Positions 9,760 through 17,359 of a stretch of 34,226 bases of DNA are shown in pieces (within the stretch, counting starts at the first letter, position 1; each line of letters begins with the position of its first letter). Both the position numbers and the translations under genes were made by a program. Source of the DNA: Opitutales bacterium (GTDB lineage Bacteria; Verrucomicrobiota; Verrucomicrobiia; Opitutales; Coraliomargaritaceae); contig JBKGYB010000001.1 in assembly GCA_046546295.1 (NCBI GenBank), forward strand, positions 1 through 34,226, read 5' to 3'. Under the pieces are notes generated by a model that was given only the letters and a program-made list of their open reading frames with translations, did not search any database and was not told the origin of the DNA.

Positions 9760-10692
9760 TTACTTGGATTGGCGACGTTCCCGAATCTCTTTTTTCAAAT
9801 GCGGCGGAATTCGGAGTTCGTCGAGCTGTTCGTCAAAGGTGGCGGGTGTGGTTTTGAGTTTTCCCGCCACTGGATGGAGGTTGAAGGTCAGATGAGCCGG
9901 GCGGTTTTCATATTGCGGGTCGTCGCTTTGTCGCGCGGTTGTGATATTCTCTTCGGCGAGGTTGAAATGCCGGAGGATGCGTCGGCCTATTTCGAGACGC
10001 GTGAGGGTCTCCGCTCCGGCCCAGTGAAAGATCCCGTGCAGGTCGCGGCGTTCGGCAAGTTCAATGAAGACCTCGGCGGCATTGGAGGCGGAGCACGGTT
10101 GGCGAATCTCGTCTTCAAAGAGAGCGGGACGTTCGTTCCGGGCGAGAGCGGCAAGGATTTTTTCGTGGATGCTTCGTTCCCCGCGGGGGCTGTTTCCCAT
10201 GAGGATGGGGAGGCGGAGGATCACGGGATCTTCCGGATTGTGTTCGAGGACCTCGCGCTCAGCCATGAGTTTTGTTTGTCCGTACGGATTCGTTGGGGCC
10301 GGCATATCCGTCGAACGGTACGGGCTTGTGGCCCGCCCGTCGAAAACCATATCGGTGGAAGCATGAAGGAAGCGCGCTCCCAGGTGGTTCGCGATTTGCG
10401 CGAGGTGGCGGGGAAGCATGACATTGAGCGCTTCCGCAAGTTCGGGGTTCGCATCCACCGCGGCGGGAGTGGAAAGCGCGGCTGCGTTGATGATGGCGTC
10501 CGGCCAGATGTCGAGGCTCATGGAAGTGAGCGTTTCGGGCTTCGAGGCGTCGATTTGGAGGGTGCGGGCGAGGCCTGTTGCGGGCGGCGGATAGCTGTGC
10601 CAGAGGGCGATGACTTCATGCCCCCGCCGGACGGCGGTTTCGGCACAGGCGTTTCCGAGAAGTCCGGAGGCTCCTGTAATTAAGATCTTCAT
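9760..10692 (-). CDS. SDR-family NAD(P)-dependent oxidoreductase, RmlD substrate-binding type (dTDP-4-dehydrorhamnose reductase-like)
   Basis: It has an MKILITGASGLLG Rossmann motif, STDMVFDG, and a PxNxYGxTK catalytic motif (PTNPYGQTKLMAE). The start is set at ATG 10692. Confidence 0.8.
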   Translation of the reverse strand: MKILITGASGLLGNACAETAVRRGHEVIALWHSYPPPATGLARTLQIDASKPETLTSMSLDIWPDAIINAAALSTPAAVDANPELAEALNVMLPRHLAQIANHLGARFLHASTDMVFDGRATSPYRSTDMPAPTNPYGQTKLMAEREVLEHNPEDPVILRLPILMGNSPRGERSIHEKILAALARNERPALFEDEIRQPCSASNAAEVFIELAERRDLHGIFHWAGAETLTRLEIGRRILRHFNLAEENITTARQSDDPQYENRPAHLTFNLHPVAGKLKTTPATFDEQLDELRIPPHLKKEIRERRQSK

Positions 10693-10757
10693 AAAAAGGA
10701 ATGCGGGTTTTTGTTGCAATCAGCTCACGCCAAGGCAAGATCGAAGGTGAAATATCA

Positions 10758-11873
10758 ATGAAATACGCTGAACTCGCGAACGCCGGTGTGCATGAACAAC
10801 CGGTCTATGAGCCGGGAAAACCGATTACAACGGTGGCGCATGAATTCGGCTTGGATGCCGGTTCAATCGCCAAGCTGGCTTCCAATGAAAACCCTTTCGG
10901 GCCTTCGCCCAAGGCGGTGGCCGCAGGCACGCGCGCTTTGCAGGAGAGCCACTTGTATCCCGAGGCCAGTTGCCGGGCGCTGCGTGAGAAACTGGGGGAA
11001 CTTCGAGGCGTGGAGCCCGACTGCATCCTGGTCGGGAACGGGTCCAATGAATTGATTGAACTTTTGGGGCACGCTTTTTTGCGTCCGGGGCTGGAAGTTG
11101 TAGCGGGCGAGCACGCGTTCATTGTCTACAAACTCGTAGCGAAGCTCTTCGGTGCCACGCCCGTCGAAGTGGCGATGCCCGGGATGCGCCACGCCCCCGA
11201 GGCGATGTTGAAAGCAGTGACGGAGCGGACGCGCCTGCTTTTTATCGCGAGCCCGAATAATCCAACCGGGATGGCGAATTCGGAACAGGAGCTGCTGGAG
11301 CTGGCGGAGCGTCTGCCGGAGCATGTGATTTTCTGTTTTGACGAGGCGTATGCGGAATATCTTGAAGAGGCCCCCGATTTGCTTTCCGCGATCCGAAAAG
11401 GACGGAAAGTTGTCTGTTTGCGGACATTTTCCAAGATTTACGGCTTGAGCGGTTTGCGGATTGGTTATGCCTACGGGGATCCGGAGTTAATCGCTTTGCT
11501 GCAGCGGGTGCGGCAACCGTTTAATGTTAATTCAGTGGCTCAGGCCGCGGCTTTGGCGGCTCTTGAGGATACAGCGTTTACGGAAAAATGTCGCATGGAA
11601 AATGAATCGGGCCGTCAGGTCTTGTGCGAGGGATTGCGGGCGCTCGGAGTGGAGACGTATCCCGGAGACGCCAACTTTGTGCTCGCCCGGGTCGGCGCCG
11701 CCCGAGAGGTGTTCGAGTATTTGCAGCGGCGGGGCGTCATCGTCCGTCCGCTCGACGGTTACGGGTTGCCGGACTGCGTGCGGATTACGATTGGGCGCGA
11801 GGAAAACAACAGGAAATTGCTTGCGGAAATGGAGGGCGTGGCCGGGGCGTTCGCGTCGGTAACCGGGGGATGA
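10758..11873 (+). CDS. hisC: Histidinol-phosphate aminotransferase
   Basis: The motifs KLASNENPFGPSP, NGSNELIE, PNNPTG and RTFSKIYGLSGLRIGY (PLP lysine) are typical of HisC. The start is set at ATG 10758. Confidence 0.9.
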   Translation: MKYAELANAGVHEQPVYEPGKPITTVAHEFGLDAGSIAKLASNENPFGPSPKAVAAGTRALQESHLYPEASCRALREKLGELRGVEPDCILVGNGSNELIELLGHAFLRPGLEVVAGEHAFIVYKLVAKLFGATPVEVAMPGMRHAPEAMLKAVTERTRLLFIASPNNPTGMANSEQELLELAERLPEHVIFCFDEAYAEYLEEAPDLLSAIRKGRKVVCLRTFSKIYGLSGLRIGYAYGDPELIALLQRVRQPFNVNSVAQAAALAALEDTAFTEKCRMENESGRQVLCEGLRALGVETYPGDANFVLARVGAAREVFEYLQRRGVIVRPLDGYGLPDCVRITIGREENNRKLLAEMEGVAGAFASVTGG

Positions 11874-13198
11874 GCGCGCCTTTGATACATGTAGCGCTAT
11901 CGCTGGTTGCAGTGGCCTTGCTGCTCCTGTTGCATGCCTATCTGGTGATGTGCGAGATCAGCTTGGTCAAGTTCCGTTATGGAGGCGTGGAAGAGTCCGC
12001 GCTGGAACGCTTGAAGCGGCGGCGGAGCATCGCCCGGCTCATGGAAAACGGCGACCAGGTCGGGCGTGTGGTCCGTTTCAGCAAGACACTTTGTACGGTA
12101 GCGGTGGGCCTGTTCCTGATGCCCATGGTAAGCCAGTCCTTCCAAGCGTTCGGGGCGGAGCATGCGCCCGGCCCATGGGTTGTGGTAGGGCTCTCTTTTG
12201 TGGCGGCTGTGCTTGTGCATTTCTTTTTTGCCGAAATTTTTCCGCGAGGCCTTGCGATACGGGATCCTGTGGCCGGGTTGCGCCGTTCCTACTGGGTATT
12301 GTCTTTTTTTCAAGTACTCACGTGGCCGGCGATGGAGTTCTTTCGTTGGCTCAAGGGGCTCTTGTATCGGCGTTTCGGGGTCAACGAAGAGGATGAATTC
12401 AATCCCTTGGACCTTGATGTGCAGCTCCGGGCCATGGGGGAGGACAGCAGCGCGCTCTCGCCGATTGTCCGCAAAATCACGCGTCGCGCTCTACAAATGC
12501 AGGATCTGGTCGTGCAGGACATACTCCTGCCTCGCAGTCAGGTCGTGCTATACAATCTGGAGGATTCCGTGGAGACGAATCTTGAGCGCATGAAACATGC
12601 AGGGCATACGCGGTTTCCCCTGTGTCGCGGGGACCTCGACGCCTGTGTCGGGATTGTACACATAAAGGATATCTTCCGGTGGCGGGATTCCACGGAGGGA
12701 ATTGACCCGATGCGCTTAAAACGGAGGGTTGCCTCCTTCCCCCTGGAGACGCCGGTGGAAGAGGCGCTGGAGCGCATGCTGCGCGGGAAATTGCATATGG
12801 CCCTCGCGATAGACGAGTTCGGCGGCATTGTCGGGGTCATCACACTGGAGAGCATTCTCGAAGAACTGGTGGGGGAAATACAGGACGAGTTCGATACGGA
12901 GGAACAAGACCGGATTATTCCGTTGCCTGCGGGCGAGGGCTTTCGAGTGTCCGGCCTGACGCCTCTTCACGAACTCGAAGAGTATTTTGGCATCGAAATC
13001 GAGAACGAAGATGTTTCCACGTTTGGAGGATTGATTACCGGCGAACTGGGGCGGATACCATCCTGCGGGGAAGCGTTTTCCTTGCACGGCATGGAAGTGC
13101 GTATAGAAGAAGTGGACGAGCGGCGCGTGATTACCGTAACCCTTACGGATGTCAACTCCCCGAGGTCGGAGAGTGGGAGTGGTGGAGTGGTGGAGTAG
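11870..13198 (+). CDS. CNNM/DUF21 - CBS pair - CorC_HlyC domain membrane protein (hemolysin/CorC family)
   Basis: The N-terminal TM helices carry CEISLVKFR (DUF21). A CBS pair region follows, then the C-terminal CorC_HlyC transporter-associated domain (FRVSGLTPLHELEEYFGIE...TFGGLI...). The ATG overlaps the hisC stop (ATGA at 11870-11873). Confidence 0.85.
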   Translation: MSAPLIHVALSLVAVALLLLLHAYLVMCEISLVKFRYGGVEESALERLKRRRSIARLMENGDQVGRVVRFSKTLCTVAVGLFLMPMVSQSFQAFGAEHAPGPWVVVGLSFVAAVLVHFFFAEIFPRGLAIRDPVAGLRRSYWVLSFFQVLTWPAMEFFRWLKGLLYRRFGVNEEDEFNPLDLDVQLRAMGEDSSALSPIVRKITRRALQMQDLVVQDILLPRSQVVLYNLEDSVETNLERMKHAGHTRFPLCRGDLDACVGIVHIKDIFRWRDSTEGIDPMRLKRRVASFPLETPVEEALERMLRGKLHMALAIDEFGGIVGVITLESILEELVGEIQDEFDTEEQDRIIPLPAGEGFRVSGLTPLHELEEYFGIEIENEDVSTFGGLITGELGRIPSCGEAFSLHGMEVRIEEVDERRVITVTLTDVNSPRSESGSGGVVE

Positions 13199-13245
13199 TG
13201 GGAGTGGTGGAGTGGTGGAGTGGTGGAGTGGTGGAGTAGTGGAGT
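13171..13245. repeat. Tandem 8-bp microsatellite (AGTGGTGG / AGTAGTGG, ~9 copies)
   Basis: Read directly from the sequence: gagtggg agtggtgg agtggtgg agtagtgg g agtggtgg x4 agtagtgg agt. The TAG stop of the CNNM gene (13196-13198) lies inside one AGTAGTGG unit. Confidence 0.9.
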
Positions 13246-13355
13246 CCCGACCAGCGGGGCTGGTTCCCCTCGCTTGGCTCGGCGGGATTTCGCTTCGCTC
13301 AATGGGTGGACTGGGGATTAGTCGCACGCGCCATTGCCCAAATGATCCATTATTC

Positions 13356-15020
13356 CTACGAATCGATTGAGGGGAGGTCAGTATTGTTTTCGCGTAGGGC
13401 GGAGTTAAGTTTCGCGAGCAGCGCTTTGCGGTCGAGCGTGAAAATAAAGCGGTCGCTGCCCAGTTTTTGGTAGGCTTCGGCGAGAAGCTCCGTTTCCGGT
13501 CGGCGCATTTGCAGCAGGCGATTGAGCAGGCTGTTGAGCTCGCTTGTGTTGCCGAGCGCTAGTTCCGTGCGTACCAGTTCGGTGAGAAGCCGTTGGTTCT
13601 TTGGATTGCGTTTATGGCCCGCCATAAGGACTTTTCGGGCTTGAGCCTTGCGATCAATGCCAATGAAATGTTGGGCCACCGGGAGGAAAATGTTTGGATT
13701 GTCGCCTGCGTTGTTGAGGAAATCCTGCAGGTAAATTTCCCCCAGGTCCGGGTCACCCGCCCCATACGAAGCAACCGCACGCAGGCTGTTGAAAATTACT
13801 TTGCGCCTGTTCAGCCACCTGGGCTGCTCCTCACGCAGTTCCTCTGCAAATGCAAGGGCGCCCTGATAGTCCTCCGCTTTAATGTGGGCCTCAATCAGCA
13901 GAAGGGCGAATGTATCGAGATCGAATTCCTTTCCAAGAGCTTGTTCGTATGTGCGGCGAGCGAGTGCGATGTCGCCTGTGCTTGCCGCGAAGTTTGCGAG
14001 CGCTTCGAGGGCCGATGCATCGTTTCGGAATTGCCGAAGTATTCTCCGGGTTTCACGTTGTTTGCGTTCCGTAGCACCGGATGCTTCATAAATATGGAGA
14101 AGCTCGATGCGGGGCGCATGGCTTAGAGGGTCATCGACACTCCGGAGAATGGCGTAGCGACGCGCTTCGTCATTATTGCCGATTTCCCGGTGATAGCGGG
14201 TCAGCTGCATAAGCAGAGCGCCTCTTTCGGGGAATCGCCCAAGGGATTGTTCGAGTTTTGAGATCGCTTCCTTTCGGTTGCCGCGTTCCCAGCTGATTTT
14301 AGAAGAAAGCAGCATCCCTTCCAGAGCTTGCTCCAGCTCGTAGGCGTTGATGTAATCCTCGGCCTCGTCGAAGTGCCCGCGGGCGTAACCGGCGTTGGCG
14401 GCGCCTAAGGCAAGAATGGCGTTGCGCCTGGTTGGTTCCGGATCCTCCGGCAGGTAAGTGGCGGCCATATCCCGGATCTTGTCGTCCATCTGGTGACGAA
14501 GGAGGAGCCGGATTGTTTGTTTCAAGTAATCCTGATCCTCGCTTCCGCCGTGTTCCAATCCTTTAAGCATCAGTTCGGCGGAAGCTTCCGGACTATTCAG
14601 ACTCTGTTCGAAAATCGCCCCCAGAACCGCCCGGCCTTCGAGATTGTCCGGAGCGCGTCTTACGCCGAGACGGAGCAAGCGCAATCCCTCCCGGAATTCC
14701 CTCTCATTTAATTTTTCCAAGCCCTTTTCAACGTGACGGTTCCCCATGGCCTCCCGGTGCGCGTCCATTCGGAACGGGAGGGCCACCATGCCGGAATAGG
14801 TGACTGTATCGAAGTCCTGCGAGTATTTGAAATAAAAGTAAAGCGCGGCGGCGACAGTCAGCCAGCCGGCTACGAACAGACCGGCCATCGCGGCGAACAG
14901 TCGGCTCCAGCGCAAAGATATCCGTATTCGCCCGTCGGCGCTTCTTGTTTGTACGGCGAACCCGAAAAGAACGGATTTTTCCCGGACAATGGGAGATTGT
15001 TTTTTACGTTGTCGGCTCAT
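13356..15020 (-). CDS. TPR-repeat membrane-anchored protein
   Basis: After a basic N-terminus there is one TM helix (LFAAMAGLFVAGWLTVAAALYFYF). Many degenerate 34-residue A/L/Y-rich helical repeats follow (e.g. GHFDEAEDYINAYELEQALEG, GDIALARRTYEQALG). It is divergent from the polysaccharide export genes. The start is set at ATG 15020; a TTG at 15098 is the alternative. Confidence 0.7.
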   Translation of the reverse strand: MSRQRKKQSPIVREKSVLFGFAVQTRSADGRIRISLRWSRLFAAMAGLFVAGWLTVAAALYFYFKYSQDFDTVTYSGMVALPFRMDAHREAMGNRHVEKGLEKLNEREFREGLRLLRLGVRRAPDNLEGRAVLGAIFEQSLNSPEASAELMLKGLEHGGSEDQDYLKQTIRLLLRHQMDDKIRDMAATYLPEDPEPTRRNAILALGAANAGYARGHFDEAEDYINAYELEQALEGMLLSSKISWERGNRKEAISKLEQSLGRFPERGALLMQLTRYHREIGNNDEARRYAILRSVDDPLSHAPRIELLHIYEASGATERKQRETRRILRQFRNDASALEALANFAASTGDIALARRTYEQALGKEFDLDTFALLLIEAHIKAEDYQGALAFAEELREEQPRWLNRRKVIFNSLRAVASYGAGDPDLGEIYLQDFLNNAGDNPNIFLPVAQHFIGIDRKAQARKVLMAGHKRNPKNQRLLTELVRTELALGNTSELNSLLNRLLQMRRPETELLAEAYQKLGSDRFIFTLDRKALLAKLNSALRENNTDLPSIDS

Positions 15021-15293
15021 GGTTCGGGGTGTGTGGGAAATCAATAGCGCGAGTGCTTGAGACGGCAAGAGATGTACATTGTTCCGTCCGCGGGCCAAGT
15101 CAAAAAATAAGGCTCCTGCGAAATCAGTTTAAATTCGGCGCCAGAAAACCGGATTGCAAGATTTCTTAAATTTTTGCTTGATTCAGCGGGGCGGCACACT
15201 ATTCTCCTGAAACAATTGTCCCCTGCTTCATCAAAAATCAAGTGCAAGGCACGGGGGCCGCGACGTATAATCACCCTCAACAAATAAAATCCT

Positions 15294-16556
15294 ATGAACC
15301 CTCGATTCCAAAAATTCCCGCTTGCTCCCATTGTGGGCGCAATTGCCGCAACGGCCATTTCTCTGTCTCTTCCGTCCACGGCATCCCTGTCGGCGTCGCC
15401 TCTGGTATCGATCGGTGATACGATGGACGTTTATTTCAACGGCTCCACCAGTCTGCGCCATTCTTCAAATGTTTTCCGTGACGAGCAGGGCGAGGAAAGC
15501 GATTTGTATTGGACGATTTCACCCGGTTTTGAAATAAACCTGGGGCGCGGTGATTCCGATGTTAATTTCAACGTAACAACCAGATATGATATTCTCCGTT
15601 ACGACGATCTCTCCGAACTGGACGCCGAACTGTTCCACATTGTGGCGAGAGGTTCCTATGAGGGCAGTCGTTTGTCACTCAACGGCAGTGCCGCTTTTGA
15701 CGAATACCAGACCGCGACCGGGGATGCAAACATTGCCGGAGACCTGATTGAATTCGAGACGACAAAAGGCAGTGTGGACGGGGAATACCAATTTTCCCCG
15801 AAATTCAGCTTCGGCGCCGGCGCCAGCTACAACGAGAAGGAATACCAAACCTTCCAGCGATTCTTCAATGATCGGGAAACCTATTCATTCCCGTTCGACG
15901 TGTATTACAAGTGGACCCCGAAGGTGGACTTGAGCGCGGGCTATCGTTATAGCCAGACTGAAGTGGACGGGCGGACAAGCACTACTGAGCAGGTGGCCAG
16001 TTACGACACGGAAAAACACTTTTTCAACGTGGGCATGCGGGGTAATTTGCTGCCCAAGCTGACCGGCTTTTTCAAGGTCGGGTACACGACCCGGGATTCC
16101 GATGATTCAGCCCGGAGCCGCTTGGTATTCCAGAACAATCAATTTCAATGGCAGGATGATACAATTCGCCGCGACTCGAGCGGAATGCTCGGTATGGACG
16201 CGAATTTCACTTGGGCGACCACTCCGAAATTCACGACACAGCTGAAGCTTTCCCGTGACTTCGGGGCCTCGGGCGAAGGCAATGTAACGGAGAACAGTTC
16301 GGCTACGCTTATCGGGAACTACACGATCAACAACTACGTCAGCGCCAGCGGAAATCTGGGTTATACGCGTCGGGATTATCAGGACAACAACGACCGTGAA
16401 GACGACCGTATCGATGCGGGAGTAGCCTTGAATTACAGGCCGGACGAGCATTGGACGTTCAGCACCGGCTATAACTATGCGGAAAATGATTCCAATGAAA
16501 ATGATCAAAGTTGGGACGAACATGTTTTCCATTTGACGGCTTCGCTTCGTTACTAA
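15294..16556 (+). CDS. Putative outer-membrane beta-barrel protein associated with the polysaccharide export locus
   Basis: It has a signal peptide (IVGAIAATAISLSLPSTASLSA). Alternating-hydrophobicity strands rich in Y/G/N/D/S/T are consistent with a beta-barrel. The C-terminal LTASLRY is an aromatic-terminal OMP signature. It sits immediately upstream of the Wza- and Wzc-like genes. Confidence 0.65.
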   Translation: MNPRFQKFPLAPIVGAIAATAISLSLPSTASLSASPLVSIGDTMDVYFNGSTSLRHSSNVFRDEQGEESDLYWTISPGFEINLGRGDSDVNFNVTTRYDILRYDDLSELDAELFHIVARGSYEGSRLSLNGSAAFDEYQTATGDANIAGDLIEFETTKGSVDGEYQFSPKFSFGAGASYNEKEYQTFQRFFNDRETYSFPFDVYYKWTPKVDLSAGYRYSQTEVDGRTSTTEQVASYDTEKHFFNVGMRGNLLPKLTGFFKVGYTTRDSDDSARSRLVFQNNQFQWQDDTIRRDSSGMLGMDANFTWATTPKFTTQLKLSRDFGASGEGNVTENSSATLIGNYTINNYVSASGNLGYTRRDYQDNNDREDDRIDAGVALNYRPDEHWTFSTGYNYAENDSNENDQSWDEHVFHLTASLRY

Positions 16557-16576
16557 AAAGTTGGAACGTTTAATAC

Positions 16577-16612
16577 GGGAAGCGGTCATAAAAAGACCGC
16601 TTCCCTTTATTT
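16577..16612 (+). terminator. Rho-independent terminator after the OM beta-barrel gene
   Basis: A perfect 11-bp stem GGGAAGCGGTC (16577-16587) pairs with GACCGCTTCCC (16595-16605) around a 7-nt loop. TTTATTT follows. Confidence 0.8.
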
Positions 16613-16649
16613 CAGCAAGGGTTGGACCCCTACTTTCTTTACTCGTGTT

Positions 16650-17342
16650 ATGAGACGACTGACGCTATTCACAGCTATGCTACTTGCCCTGTTGCCATTT
16701 GTGCTGCAAGCCCAGGACGGCGGCCAAAGTCAAGGTGGTTATTCTTCAGGAGAGGCGGACGCTGGTACGCCCTCTGCCACGGCAAGAGGTCAGCAAGGTG
16801 GCGTCGGAGGCCCTACCGGGATGGGGATGGTCGTTGCCGAAAACTACGAGCTGAAACCATCGGATGTCGTTGAGGTTCAGGTCTATCGGGAAGAGGATCT
16901 GCATAAGCAAGTGAGGATCGAAGGCGACGGGAGCGTAAACTTGCCGCTGATTGGCAAAGTGAAGGTTGGAGGCATGACAGTGTCGGAGGCCCAGTCGCTC
17001 ATTACCGAGCTGTATGAGCGGGATTATCTGGTTAATCCTCAGGTTTCACTGCTCGTAACTTCATTTTCCCCCAAAGTTGTTCGTGTGCTTGGGTCGGTAA
17101 GCAGGCCGGGGCCGGTCGAGATCCCTTCGGATCGTGAGTTGACGCTCACGGATGCAATAGCGGGTGTCAACGGCATCACACGCCTCGGAAACCCGAAATC
17201 AATCATCATCAAACGAACGGATGAGGACGGGAAAACCCGGAACATGGAAGTGAATTTCAATAAAATTATCACGGATCCCGACAGGAAGGATATTGTCCTG
17301 CAGAAAGGCGATACGATTTGGGTACCGGAACGGATCATTTAG
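16650..17342 (+). CDS. Polysaccharide export protein (Wza-like; Poly_export + SLBB)
   Basis: A signal peptide is followed by a Gly/Gln-rich linker. Then comes YELKPSDVVEVQVYREEDLHKQVRIEGDGSVNLPLIGKVKVGGMTVSEAQSLITELY..YLVNPQVSL (Poly_export) and a following SLBB-like segment. Confidence 0.85.
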   Translation: MRRLTLFTAMLLALLPFVLQAQDGGQSQGGYSSGEADAGTPSATARGQQGGVGGPTGMGMVVAENYELKPSDVVEVQVYREEDLHKQVRIEGDGSVNLPLIGKVKVGGMTVSEAQSLITELYERDYLVNPQVSLLVTSFSPKVVRVLGSVSRPGPVEIPSDRELTLTDAIAGVNGITRLGNPKSIIIKRTDEDGKTRNMEVNFNKIITDPDRKDIVLQKGDTIWVPERII

Positions 17343-17359
17343 ATCAAGAATAGGGCGTT

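Noticed and set aside
11624-11869. 5' extension of the CNNM gene ORF into hisC
   Set aside because: It overlaps hisC in another frame and is Arg-rich nonsense. The TM-rich DUF21 N-terminus begins at ATG 11870.
13171-13245. Possible CRISPR array (also considered for 29007-29141)
   Set aside because: Both are head-to-tail tandem repeats with no unique spacers. The units are 8 bp and 27 bp with zero spacing, and no cas genes are in the window.
12716-13327. 203-aa minus-strand ORF with HHSTTPPL repeats
   Set aside because: The repeat peptide is just the reverse-strand translation of the 8-bp microsatellite. The rest is antisense to the CNNM gene.
15266-15271. TATAAT hexamer upstream of the OM beta-barrel gene as a -10 promoter box
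   Set aside because: It is a perfect hexamer, but the -35 position reads TGCAAG (poor). The promoter consensus of this lineage is unknown, so support is insufficient to annotate it as a feature.
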